A stretch of 63,999 nt of DNA, counting the filler, from Octopus bimaculoides (lineage: Eukaryota), in assembly GCF_001194135.2 (NCBI RefSeq). It is 5 parts of 3 records of this genome, joined end to end, with 100 filler letters (N's around TTAATTAATTAA, not from the genome) between each part and the next. Parts side by side here need not be neighbours in the genome. Positions count along the whole stretch, not along the records: positions 1 to 16,715 come from NC_068981.1; positions 16,816 to 42,050 come from NC_068985.1; 3 more parts are not named here. One strand, 5' to 3'. Shown in pieces: positions 13,360 through 26,273 of the stretch. Numbering within the stretch: the first letter of the stretch is position 1; every line of letters starts with the position of its first letter. The notes below the pieces were generated by a model. The model did not search any database, was not told where the DNA came from, and saw nothing but the letters and a program-made list of their open reading frames with translations. A program made the translations under genes and the position numbers.

Positions 13360-13560
13360 AACTGTAAAGCTCGACGACACATCTCTCACCTATGCACGTT
13401 CTCAAAAATTTCAGGAAAGCAAATCGTTGATATCATTGATCCATACATTATCGTCTGTAAATCGCAATATCGATTCAGACCACTACACCGAAACACCTCA
13501 CAGTGCACAGACCTAACGCAAAACATATATGCCGGATTTCAACAACATAACACAATCTGT
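13360..13560 (+). mobile_element. Degenerate Jockey/I-like LINE reverse transcriptase start
   Basis: HISHLCTFSKI...IDPYI...SQYRFRPLHRNT...DLTQNIYAGFQQ resembles RPISLLS..SKI..QYGFRP.HST..DLT..I..GFNQ. Confidence 0.55.
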
Positions 13561-14152
13561 TACGGTGCTGTCTGGGACAAGCATGCCCGTCCGTTTAGAG
13601 CTCATTTATTGCACAAACGTTTACTTGGCGACTCTCGTCCCTATTTCTAGAGTACAGGCTCTACCGATTTGTGAGCTTATGATATATAATTTTTCAAAGA
13701 TTTATTTGACGCTGCATCGAAGAGGCCAGGGAACAGAAGAAAGAAGACATGCACTCAACACCAGAGCTGAAGACACCTCCGAAAGGGGGGGACCCGACAC
13801 GTCAAAACGGTAGAGGAATAGGGGCCGAAACCGGACGTGGTTCCTCCTGATGATGTCTTGAGCTAACTGGATCCTATAAAGGAGCTGTTGTGGTAGCAGA
13901 CCACGAAACATGGTTGAACTTCCTCAGAATCATAGATTTGTCTACCAATTAATTATTCTTTTCTTGAACCACTGTTCTTTTGTCAAATGTGTGGGACGTT
14001 CATGCTTTCTTCAATGCCATGGATGATGTGAGTGAAGTAAAAGCGGTTTCAACTGCATGAAGAAACCGGGCCATAGATACGGCTCCCCTTTACGGGGCAC
14101 ACAACAGCAGCAGCAGAAGTAAGCCGTAGTAACATCATCATCAAGAAGAGGG

Positions 14153-14207
<55 letters not shown>

Positions 14208-14906
14208 TGCCACCAAACACCACCACCACTACTTATAGTGGTAGTAGTAGTAGTAGTAGTAGCAGCAGCAAAAATTCACAGCGTCAGAAGACTGAAACAG
14301 TTCAATCAAAAGAAACGCTCGCCTTCCCGTTTCGGAACGATCGATTGGGAGATATTTTCTTTACACTATTGGATGTCTGAGATTATTTTGTAATCGATGA
14401 AAGCAGAATAGAACCCAGAATGAGGGGAAACAACCATCGTTATTTTTGTTACTTGTAGCTGCTTCTCGAGCGATACTGGAATTGATCGTTTGCCTAATTC
14501 CGTCCCATCCCAGTAAATCCGGATGCTGGACGTGCGCACTGAATGGACAGAAGTCATTAATCAGTAAATGAATAGCAACACCGCTGCTTGATTGCTAGCT
14601 TTGGAGTTAATGAACATTGCCTATTCTATTATATATGGAACGTGTTGGGCGTCTCTCTGTATGAGGGCATGGATGTCTACATGCGTTTGTGTGTGTGTCT
14701 GTGTGTGTGCGTGGGGGTGGGGGTGTATGCTTGCTTGAGTGTGTGTGAGTATGCATGTGTGAGTATTTGTGTATGTTCGTGCGCAGGTGGTTGCGCATTT
14801 AAGGATGGGTGATAAATGATTTTGGTTCATGTATGTGTATGTGAGTGGCAACAAAGAGAGAAAGAGAAACAGAGAAAGAGAGAAAGAAAGGAAGAGATAG
14901 AGATAG

Positions 14907-14977
<71 letters not shown>

Positions 14978-15257
14978 TAGTTTCGCGTAACTCGACATAT
15001 GGAAGCGTTTAAACCAAAATATGGAAACATGCTTTGATCATCTCATGGTACCTTATGACACAGTAAATGGTCATGCAATCGTTTTGAAGTAAAAGTATGT
15101 GCTTCCATGTGGTCGCTCGATCTGCTTGAAATAGCAACCATATCTCCTAACAATCGCATCCTCACACTTTAAGAATTGAATTAAGCTTTAGTTTCTGGTA
15201 ATCTGATGATTACAAACTTTATATATCATTTTGTTCTTAATATGAGTCTAACAATCC

Positions 15258-15530
15258 TAAGGCGGTGAGCGGCAGAATCGTTAGCGCGCCGGAAAAAATG
15301 CTTAGCAGTATTTCTTCTGATGAGCTGGCAGAATAGCTAGCGCACCGGGAAAAAATTCTTAGTGGCGTTTCTTCCGACTTTACGTTTTGAGTTCAAATGC
15401 ACCGGAGTTGACTTTACCTTTCATACTTGGAGGGGGGGGGGGATAAAATAAGCACCAGGTGAGCACTGGGGTTGATGTAATCCACTTACCCCATCCCCCG
15501 GAATTGCTGGTATTGTGCAAAAATTTGAAA
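15258..15530 (+). mobile_element. SINE family A with duplicated head
   Basis: taaggcggtgagcggcagaatcgttagcgcgccgg, then a second gagctggcagaatagctagcgc head, B-box gagttcaaatgc and body. Confidence 0.85.
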
Positions 15531-16635
15531 GTAATGTGTCTAACATCCATACATTCCGAAAGTCACAGGTGACTTTTAACTAGGATCGAAACTTGCTCAC
15601 CCGCCATATATAATTGGATAATAAGCTACAAATTTTGGCACACGCCAGTTTTGGGGGAAGGGTAAGTTGATAATAAGAATCATCCATAACATCAAAAGGA
15701 ATTACTACCATGAAGTCCCTCATATTTCAACGTAAGCCACGAGTTTTATTCTTTCATTCTTTCTTTTGCTAATGCCAGTTATTAGATTCTGTTCATGCTG
15801 GGATTTCATGTTCATCTTTATCACATCTCATGTCTTCATTTCTAAGAAGTAATTTTGTATTTCTTCACTCGGATTATTAATTAATTTCTCAGCGTTTATA
15901 AACATCAATAACATTATTTTAATTATATTTCACATTTTTATAGGGTTCTGAAATTAGTTTTAATAAGTGCCATCGTCGCCATCTTCTACGGAAGCTTTAA
16001 TATTTCATTTGAGAAGTGAAACAACGAAAACCGATTAGAGAAAATAAACGAAATGAGTGACCTTATATGGAACTGCATCATAGACTTAGTAAGTTTATAA
16101 AATCAGGAGCCACTTAGTAGTGGTAGAATGTATCATAACAGAACACAACTTTACTATATATCGGCATGAAAGCAGTATTGAAAACTGTGAACGTGCTATT
16201 TTGATCTATGTTACAGATGGGTGAACAGGATTAAGCTATCAGGTAAGTTTAGTTTTTTTAAGTTTAATAGTTTGTCGAAAGGATGCCTTTGAGGAGGAAA
16301 TCAGCTTTCTGAAACAATCCTAGTCATATGCAGAATGCTTGATGTTCTATCATATCAAAAATAGGTTTCGTAGGCCAAGGTTGACCCTGCATATACACCT
16401 GTATATACAGGCTTGGGCAAGATTGCTTAAAACAAACTAGCAGTTGCCCAGATATGTAAGTCTTTCCACCCCACGCATTTGATGTTTATCCAAGAGAAAG
16501 GCCACCGATTTGGACCGATACAACTTGGTACCAACGTTGTCGCAGCTATTTCTGTCAGAATGCAAAGAATGAGAACAGATAACACAAGGTATCTAGTCCA
16601 GCCTTTTAACAGTTCTATTAGTTCATCTCTCACAG

Positions 16636-16691
<56 letters not shown>

Positions 16692-16715
16692 CGTTTTGTG
16701 ACTTCCTGTACCCAT

Positions 16716-16815
16716 NNNNNNNNNNNNNNNNNNNNNNNNNNNNNNNNNNNNNNNNNNNNTTAATTAATTAANNNNNNNNNNNNNNNNNNNNNNNNNNNNN
16801 NNNNNNNNNNNNNNN
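16716..16815. other. Artificial scaffold-join spacer (44 N + TTAATTAATTAA + 44 N)
   Basis: Exactly 100 bp; the palindromic 12-mer has stop codons in all six frames; identical structure at four sites. Confidence 0.95.
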
Positions 16816-16862
16816 CTCCTCCTCCTCCTCCTCCTCCTCCATATTCTCTTCTTTCTCCTCCC

Positions 16863-16897
<35 letters not shown>

Positions 16898-17808
16898 GTC
16901 GTCATCCTCATCATCGTCGTCATCATCATCATCATCATCATCGTCGTCATCATCCTCATCATCGTCGTCATCATCATCGTCATCGTGAGCTGCTGCAGAA
17001 GCAGCAGGAACAGAAGCAGCAGCATCTGCAGTAGCAGAACAACCGTTAAATTTCTCTCATACATCATTGCCATCGTTTGACGTCTTCGTCATCATCATAA
17101 TTATCATCGTCAACATCGTCGTCGTTGTCGTCGTCATCATCAACGTCGTCATCATCATCATCATCATCAGCAGCATCATCATCATCATAACCAGCACCGA
17201 CGTTAGCAGCACCACCAGTACTAGCACCATTATCACCACCACCACCGTCGCCGTCACCAACACACCTCTACCTTCTCCTCCTCCTCCTCCTCCTCTTCTT
17301 CATCATCATCATCAACACCACCACCACCACTTCATCATCATCATCAACACCACCACCACCACTACCGTCGTCATCATCATCAACATCACTGTTGTAACTA
17401 CCATTATAATCACGATTACGAAAGCACGTTTTTACCATCATTGCAGCTTCTTCAACATCATTACTGTTGTTGTTGTTGTTGTTGTTGTTGATATCATCAC
17501 CATCATCATCATCATCATCATCATTATTATTACAGTCATTGCCCACACCTTCACCAACACCACCCTCTCGCTATTATAACTATTACTTCAGCTACAACTG
17601 CTACCGTAATTATTTTCACTACTAACCGTCACCACCTTTACTACCATCGACATTACACATCATAAGTACCACCACCACCAATACCGCCATCATATCAACA
17701 CCACTACCACTACAACCACAACTACCACAACCACCACCACCACCACCACCACCATCACCACTTCCCTCTGCAACAATCATCCAAATTATTCATCATCACC
17801 ATCATTTT

Positions 17809-17863
<55 letters not shown>

Positions 17864-17930
17864 ACGGTATCATATCATCACACCCACACCAAGATTACCT
17901 TCAATAACCATACCAACACCACCTCCACAA

Positions 17931-17961
<31 letters not shown>

Positions 17962-18010
17962 TATTATTATTATTATTATTATTATTATCATTATTATTAG
18001 TATTATTATT
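16816..18010. repeat. Compound trinucleotide microsatellite field (CTC, CAT, CGT, CAG, CAC, TAC, TAT)
   Basis: Direct inspection; accounts for the low-complexity ORFs at 16768-18084. Confidence 0.95.
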
Positions 18011-18057
18011 TCCTTTCTCTTTTCACTAAGTTTCAGTTTTCTTGTATCCGTTTTCAG

Positions 18058-18131
18058 GTTGGCTTGCTGCCGAAAATCCATCACTACGTCTGTGGAGTGA
18101 TTCCTGTAGAGAAATAGGACGGAATTTGCTG
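18058..18131 (+). CDS. Candidate exon of an unidentified spliced gene (74 nt, phase 1/0)
   Basis: Long pyrimidine tract ending ttttcag, CTG|gtaatt donor; the only open frame gives (G)WLAAENPSLRLWSDSCREIGRNLL. Confidence 0.25.
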
Positions 18132-19633
18132 GTAATTTTAGGAAGACCTCACGTTACCTTGGTTACGTCCCAGATATTTGGGCGAGGATTACGTTCTTCC
18201 CAGCAGTTGGCAAAAGATTTGCAGAAACAAATTTCTTGCATCAACCTGTTTTTGATTCTATTTCCTTCTTTCTTCTCCTGTCCCTTCTTCTGTCTTTGTC
18301 TTTTTTCCACACCAAAATACGTCTGGAGTGAAAGACCCAAATTAATTTATATTTAAATTAAATCAAGTGAATTTTAGGTTTTCCTATGTTTTTGTTGCAC
18401 ACATCACATATATCTATTTGCTTTTCATTCTTTTCATTGAAAGAGGATTTGTATCAAGCTATAGCAGACAGCTTCTTTGGTATACTTGTTCATTTCTTTT
18501 AGGGTCTATCCACGCATTTTAAATTTTCTTACTTAATTCTCATCCTGTGCAATTAATATAATTTTTGAAATATAAAATGAATTCTAAATCTTACTTAGCA
18601 GTCATTTTTAAAGCCCTTTCAACCAAATAGTTATCTTTATTCATATACTGTGTGATATTTGTGTTTCAAAGTCTAAATTATGTTCTTCAAAGCTGATAAT
18701 TTCACTGTATATTTCGTATACAGTGTAGCCTCTTTGACTCTCTTAATGGGAGGTCTAATAGTGTATGTGTTTTTCTGGCATTTTTGGACGACACGTTGTG
18801 AAGATTTAAAACCAAAGAAGCTATAGCTTCTGTTATTCAAATAACGACAAAATTATTTTTTTCTTAAAAATATTCTTCAACGGGGACAAAACAGGTGATT
18901 CTATGATGAAAAGAAAGAAGAAAAGAACAACGAAAAGTAAAAAAAGATACTAAAAAAATTAAAACCAGCGTTTTTCTTTTTGGCTTTAGGTAGATTTTTC
19001 TCAGTCAACTCAGAATAATGTTCAACAATTTTGTTCAGGAATTCGATCTCGCATCGATTTATTTTTATATTTTTCTTGGGGCAATTTATATCATGAAGAC
19101 TCAGAGTGATATTAAAGAAATATCTATAAACAATTTTAACCGTTATTTAGAAAGCTTAAAGCTGGTTAAATTAAAGAAATGGCAAACTATTGTCCAAGAA
19201 TCAACGTTTCGTATCTTGTAACCAATAAGATACAATTAGTTCAGTTCTTTTACGATTAAAGAATTGCGACAATGGACTATACAGCCAATGTTCCAAGATT
19301 GGCACAGCACTTTTGTTGTGAGCAGCGAAAGAATGTTCCGATGTTTAGCAATGCTGAGTTCGATTCCCGAACTTTATTATCGAACAACGGTGAACTTAAT
19401 GGGGAGTATCACGTGTAAAGAACTACGCTCCACCAAACTCAATGCCGTCAGCACTCTATATGAAGTGCATATTTTTGAGTGGTGTTCTTACAACTAAAGG
19501 AATTGAATTATTATTTAGTACGTTTCCAAAAAAGCGTTTAACGTTCCTGGGTTGAAATGAAATACTTCAATTGATTGATGCATATATATAGATATATCTA
19601 TATATATACATACCCACATACATATGCATGTGC

Positions 19634-19718
<85 letters not shown>

Positions 19719-20973
19719 CATGTGTATGTATGTATGTATGTAAGAGTGTGTGTGTATGCATGTGTATGTGTGTGCATGTATATGTATGTAACGTGGGAGA
19801 AAAGAAAAATGCCTTGTTATCTATGCATATGCCTACATGTACACGCACAAGCATATGGTACACACACAAAAAACTCCACAATTTTATTGACTATAGTCAT
19901 ACATTCTTCCATTATTAAATTTTGTGATAATTAAATTTTGTGATAATGCAAATTATTCAACTGAAGTAAACAGAACAATTACACATCTACGGTACATGAA
20001 TCGAATAATTTATTATCCACGTGTACGACTGTAAGGCGCCAATACATACATACGTACATATATACATACATACATACATACGTACATACGTACATACATA
20101 CATACATACATACATACACACATACATACATACATACATAAATACATATACACATGCATATTCTTGTATGTAAATAGAAACACGAAAGTAAATATTACAT
20201 CAACTCTATACAGATGTGAAATGGGGAGGGCGACTCCATGCTTTTCCTAAGAGCGTTAATGCGTGGGCTCGTAGGTTGTTACAGTGAATCTGTGATTGAC
20301 ATTATGCTGATATCTCGGATTGCTGGTAGCTTACCCTATAACGACATTAAATGCTCTAATGATTTTTTAAATGGCAGTCACCAGGCTAATCGGTCTCTCC
20401 TGCTATTGAACTTTTTATCATCTTCAATAATTTTCATTTTTTTTATTTACAATAAAGCTTTATATAAAAACTACTACAGCTTTATATTGACTTTATCTTT
20501 ATATGCGAATTATATACAAGAAAATATTTTTGTAGGCATATCGAATATTTTATATGGTGGCATGAATATTCATTCTCTGAATTTAGAAAACTGTTATTTA
20601 CATAAATATCTCATGAAAAGTAGAAGTAATAAGTTTGAAGGATTTTCACTTGAAGCTGAAGAATAAGTAGAAGAGTTTGATTATAGATATCAAAATAAAT
20701 ATTATGATCAAATTCGCTATACATTTTCCTATAACTAAACAGCAGTTACATAAACTATTAACGTTGACTTCATTGGTAACGGTAGGTTTGCAATTATTGC
20801 ATGAATAGGTCAGAACAAAATATGACATTGGGAAACGGTAGGAAATTTATAGAAATGAAGAAAAAAAAATTGACAACCATATCTTTCTTACATTAAGAAA
20901 GAAAATTAGTTTTAACTAACAAACGAACATGCTTGCAGTTCACCACTGCTGTGTCTTATGTCTTGTTCTACAG

Positions 20974-21032
20974 CGTTCACAACACTTGTTAAATACGCAA
21001 GAAAAATGTTCAGATGTTGATCCTCCGAACAG
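20974..21032 (+). CDS. Candidate exon of an unidentified spliced gene (59 nt, phase 0/2)
   Basis: tcttgttctacag acceptor, AG|gtacaa donor; the only open frame gives RSQHLLNTQEKCSDVDPPN; followed by an 85-nt canonical intron. No homology recognised. Confidence 0.3.
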
Positions 21033-21117
21033 GTACAAAGTCTGAAATGGCTCTTGCTACCTTTTGAGCCCATAACACCAGTTAACCGGTGAATGGCTTA
21101 TTTACTCTATACCGTAG

Positions 21118-21175
21118 CACCGGTAGAGTACCAAGTGTATGGCGAAAAAAGGTTCAGGAGATCTGGGCTCAAAGG
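21118..21175 (+). CDS. Candidate exon of an unidentified spliced gene (58 nt, phase 2/0)
   Basis: tactctataccgtag acceptor, AGG|gtaagt consensus donor; TGRVPSVWRKKVQEIWAQR in phase with the previous candidate exon. Confidence 0.3.
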
Positions 21176-22549
21176 GTAAGTAAAAACAGCTAGGATTTCC
21201 ATCTTCAACAACCAGTCTCATTGCTTTTGTTTCCGTGTCTGTGATGACACACAGCTCTGTGATTTATAGGATTTCATAAAGAATTATAAGTCTATGTAGG
21301 TTTCTGCTGACTACATATCATTCTTCGAGATCTCTTCACTCTACACCTGCTATAACGCCCTTAGGAGAACCTATTAAGGTTTCATCTCATTGCGAATGAC
21401 TTGGTCAGCTTTCTTATAAAGTGTAACTCATGAAATATGGTATGAGTCTATAGGAAGATGATTTTTTTTTGCACTATTTTCACTTGTCTCTTCGCCTTGT
21501 CCTTAGAAACCGGGCAGATATTCTTATATATGTTGCGGTTTATGGAAATTAGATCTTTCCACATAACGGCGAGGGGATCCTAAAGACTTCTTTTCAATGC
21601 AATTGAAATCTCCTCACTTCGTTTCTTAAAGGTAGGTCTCTCTTCTTCTCCCCCGTTTCTAGATAATAGCGTCAGGCATAGTAGTAGTTGTTTTTGGCCA
21701 CAAATTCGTGTCACATCATCCACTAGTTGACTCTTAATAAAAAATTCCGTTGTTGCAGCGAAATGAAAGCATAAGAGAAAATCTTGCTGCCGTTGTTGCT
21801 ATTTTGTCCTTTAGAATTTTGACTGCTAGTGTTTGGGTATGTGAGTGAGAGTCATTTGCTAGAAAAATTGGATTTCTTCTTAGTCGTCATGTTTAAAATG
21901 CCTTACGACAAAAAAAAAAAAATACTTGGCAAATTCAAGTCTTTTCTAAACTGGGCAAAATAGCAATAAAAAGCTTACCGCTCTATAAATAAATTTCGGA
22001 CAAAAGCCCCGTTCAACGGAGCAAGCGTGTAATCCAACGATCTTCTTCCTTTTTTTTGTTTTTGTTGTTGAAATCACACGAAGGATAACGAACGCATCTT
22101 TCTGTGGTAAGAAACAACACCAATAATAATATTTGTTTCTAGCATAGGCACAATGCTTTAAATATGGCGGTTGAGGTGGTGATTGTCGGGAAATCGTCAA
22201 AATTAGTTTTATTGACAATTAAAAAGATCTAAACAGCTTATGTAACATTTTTAATTAAACAAGCACNNNNNNNNNNNNNNNNNNNNNNNNNNNNNNNNNN
22301 NNNNNNNNNNNNNNNNNNNNNNNNNNNNNNNNNNNNNNNNNNNNNNNNNNNNNNNNNNNNNNNNNNNNNNNNNNNNNNNNNNNNNNNNNNNNNNNNNNNN
22401 NNNNNNNNTAGCTTGAGAAGGAAAATAAGGTAAAGAAGATCATATAGTTATTATACGAAAGCCATATTTCTAGATTTTAATTCCGATAGAAAAAATATAT
22501 TTCCTAAATCAATCGTCACGTGACGAGTAACATTGTACAAGTAATAATA

Positions 22550-23310
22550 ATAATGGTTTCAAATTTTGCCACAAGGACAGCAATTTTGGGGGATGGGATA
22601 AGTCGATTACATTGACCCAGTGTTTATCTGGTATTTATTTTATCGACCCCGAATTTGAACTCAGAACATAGCGACGGGCGAATTACCGATAATCATTTCG
22701 TCCAACGCGCTAAGGATTCTGCCAGCTCGCCGGCTTAGTAATAATAATCCTTTCTACTATAGGTACAAGGCCTGAAATTTTTGGGGAAGGGGACTAGTCG
22801 TTTACATTGACCCCAATATTCCACTGGTACTTAATTTATCGAGCCCGAAAAGGATGAAAGATAAAGTCGACCTCGGTGGAATTTGAACTCAGAACGAGGA
22901 GTCAGGCGAAATACCTATTTCTTTATTGCCCACAAGGGGATAAACATAGAGGGCACAAACAAGGACAGACGAAGGGATTAAGCCGATTACATCGACCCCA
23001 GTGCGTAACTGGTACTTAATTTATCGACCCCGAAAGGATGAAAGGCAAAGTCGACCTCGGCGGAATATGAACTCAGAACGTAACGGCAGACGAAATACCG
23101 CTAAGCATTTCGCCCGGCGTGCTAACGATTCTGCCAGCTCACCGTCTTACAAGTAATAATAATAATGATGATGTTTTCTGATTGAGATACAAGGCCAGCA
23201 ATTTTGAGAAGAGGGAATCAAACTGTTACATCAATTCTAGTACTTAACGGATACTTTATTTTATCGACAATGGAGGAATGAAATATAAAATCTAGGCGGG
23301 ATGGGAACTT
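22550..23310 (-). mobile_element. Head-to-tail array of four SINE family A copies
   Basis: Repeated gtcgattacat.gacccca...gaatttgaactcagaac...ctgccagctc units separated by (AAT)n; one copy has a different 3' tail (gggcaataaagaaata on -). Confidence 0.9.
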
Positions 23311-24112
23311 AGAACATCCGTGTTTGCATACTGTAATGGACACAACATTTGTGGATGTAATAATGAATGTTTCTTAGGTAACACTGGATTTTAACATAAA
23401 TATTTTATTACGAATTTTATGAATAATAGTTTATCGGAATAACACTATAGGAATAACAATATTATAGTTTATAGGAATAACCCAAGTGTTGTTAACACAG
23501 ATGTCATGACAGAGCGCAATTTTGTAGCTGCATAGGTTCTCATAATTTGTATAACAGTATAGCAGCTTCACTTGTGCATTTACCACATAGAACCTGATAA
23601 ATTGTTCGTAACCTCACGTTTACGTAAGATAAGATAAGTCACAACAACAACAATAGCAATGAGGATGATGACATTGATGATGATGATGATGAGGAGGAGG
23701 AGGAGGAGGAGAAGGAGGAGGAAGATAAATATATAATTAAATAAATAAGCAAACAAATCTGTCACCTTTTTTGTGATTTTTCTCTAAACCAGTTGAAGGT
23801 CAGTTCCCCAGATTTAATGTCAAAGTACTGTCAGAAGTGGACAACATTTTCCTTCTTTTATTTCAGTATTAACTCCCCCCTCTCTCTCTCTTTCTCTCTC
23901 TCACACACACACATACATGCATGCACATGCACGCTTGTGCACACTAAAACACATATACACAAATACACACACACATACACACACATACACGGATAATATA
24001 CACACATGAAGTATAGATTTACAAACGTAGATGGAGAAAGTGATAAACAGAAAGATAGCTACAGACAAATCGAGGGAGAGCGAGGGAAAACGGATAGGGA
24101 AACTGATACAAA

Positions 24113-24147
<35 letters not shown>

Positions 24148-25512
24148 NNNNNNNNNNNNNNNNNNNNNNNNNNNNNNNNNNNNNNNNNNNNNNNNNNNNN
24201 NNNNNNNNNNNNNNNNNNNNNNNNNNNNNNNNNNNNNNNNNNNNNNNNNNNNNNNNNNNNNNNNNNNNNNNNNNNNNNNNNNNNNNNNNNNNNNNNNNNN
24301 NNNNNNNNNNNNNNNNNNNNNNNNNNNNNNNNNNNNNNNNNNNNNNNNNNNNNNNNNNNNNNNNNNNNNNNNNNNNNNNNNNNNNNNNNNNNNNNNNNNN
24401 NNNNNNNNNNNNNNNNNNNNNNNNNNNNNNNNNNNNNNNNNNNNNNNNNNNNNNNNNNNNNNNNNNNNNNNNNNNNNNNNNNNNNNNNNNNNNNNNNNNN
24501 NNNNNNNNNNNNNNNNNNNNNNNNNNNNNNNNNNNNNNNNNNNNNNNNNNNNNNNNNNNNNNNNNNNNNNNNNNNNNNNNNNNNNNNNNNNNNNNNNNNN
24601 NNNNNNNNNNNNNNNNNNNNNNNNNNNNNNNNNNNNNNNNNNNNNNNNNNNNNNNNNNNNNNNNNNNNNNNNNNNNNNNNNNNNNNNNNNNNNNNNNNNN
24701 NNNNNNNNNNNNNNNNNNNNNNNNNNNNNNNNNNNNNNNNNNNNNNNNNNNNNNNNNNNNNNNNNNNNNNNNNNNNNNNNNNCTTTAGCAGTTGAAATAT
24801 GTGACAAACATATTTCAACTAACCTAAATTGTGATATATATTATATATATATATATATGGCAATAAGAAAATGGAGGGGATCAAGAGTTGGTATTCATCA
24901 ACTTTATCCCTTTGTTGATTGGATTCACAACCTCTAGCTCTCTTGGAATTTTATACTGACTTGGTCACCTTGGTCACAGAAGCTATCGACAACTTCTAGT
25001 TTTTCCCCTTGGCATGTGACGGAAGCTGCTTTCTGCACATTTTCAGTCTTTATTGCCCTTGAGTATTTGACACACACAAAAACTATCTTCCCAGTTAGCC
25101 TTCCTTTGATAGTGCTGCACCTCTTATATGTCTATAGCTTACACCGGGTACATCTTACGGAGTTTCTATCTAGGCCTTTTCTACAGATCGAGCAGGGACA
25201 TATATCTGAAAGTATTTGTGATTTGTGTGCCCTCCTACTTATTAAGACTTTGGTTTTCGCTAGATTGACTCTAAGGCCCTTCGATTCTAGACCTTGCTTC
25301 CATATCTGAAACTTCTACTCTAGTTCTGATAGTGACTCAACTATTAGAGCAAGGCCATATATAAATAAATATATATATATATATAGGTTTAGATTTAGAT
25401 TCAAGATTGAATATGGTACTTATGTTTAGGCACCAGAATATCGTATGGTATGGTATTATACAAAAACCATTCCGAAAATATAGGTGATCAAAAAATCAAA
25501 ATAAGCAACACG

Positions 25513-25715
25513 GATTTCAAAGATGATTGCAGTACGCACGTTTCATGCTACTCCATGAAATGTTGCCACAATTATAATATGTCTATTCTACTGTAATTTT
25601 CTGCATTTTCGTGCAGCTGAAGATTGCTCTACATATTGCATTTAATGTAATGCTCGCATTACATTAAATAAATGGAGTAGCATGAAACGTGCGTACTGCA
25701 ATCATCTTTGAAATC
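25513..25715. repeat. Perfect 44-bp inverted repeat (possible MITE or assembly foldback)
   Basis: gatttcaaagatgattgcagtacgcacgtttcatgctactccat (25513-25556) is the exact reverse complement of 25672-25715, which abuts a gap. Confidence 0.85.
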
Positions 25716-26273
25716 NNNNNNNNNNNNNNNNNNNNNNNNNNNNNNNNNNNNNNNNNNNNNNNNNNNNNNNNNNNNNNNNNNNNNNNNNNNNNNNNNNNNN
25801 NNNNNNNNNNNNNNNNNNNNNNNNNNNNNNNNNNNNNNNNNNNNNNNNNNNNNNNNNNNNNNNNNNNNNNNNNNNNNNNNNNNNNNNNNNNNNNNNNNNN
25901 NNNNNNNNNNNNNNNNNNNNNNNNNNNNNNNNNNNNNNNNNNNNNNNNNNNNNNNNNNNNNNNNNNNNNNNNNNNNNNNNNNNNNNNNNNNNNNNNNNNN
26001 NNNNNNNNNNNNNNNNNNNNNNNNNNNNNNNNNNNNNNNNNNNNNNNNNNNNNNNNCACACATACGTATATATGGCAATTATATGTTACGATTCCGTATA
26101 GCTACTGTTTACATCTCACCCAGAGATTTAATAGAGCTTATTTCTCCTTTTTCGAGATCGTTGGAAAAAGCATATAGTATTTTGCGAGTGGAGTGAGTTT
26201 TCATCACTAAGTGGTGATCAACACACGCTGAGGACAGGTAACCACCCAGAAACTCGAGTCCGTGTGTATCACT

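Noticed and set aside
14011-19934. Poly-V/I/M/H/D/YI ORFs
   Set aside because: Translations of microsatellites with no unique coding sequence.
20238-20666. 142-aa ORF
   Set aside because: AT-rich, no motifs, composition like intergenic DNA.
22160-22250. aaatATGGCG start context as a first exon
   Set aside because: The frame closes after 26 codons and no downstream exons could be linked.
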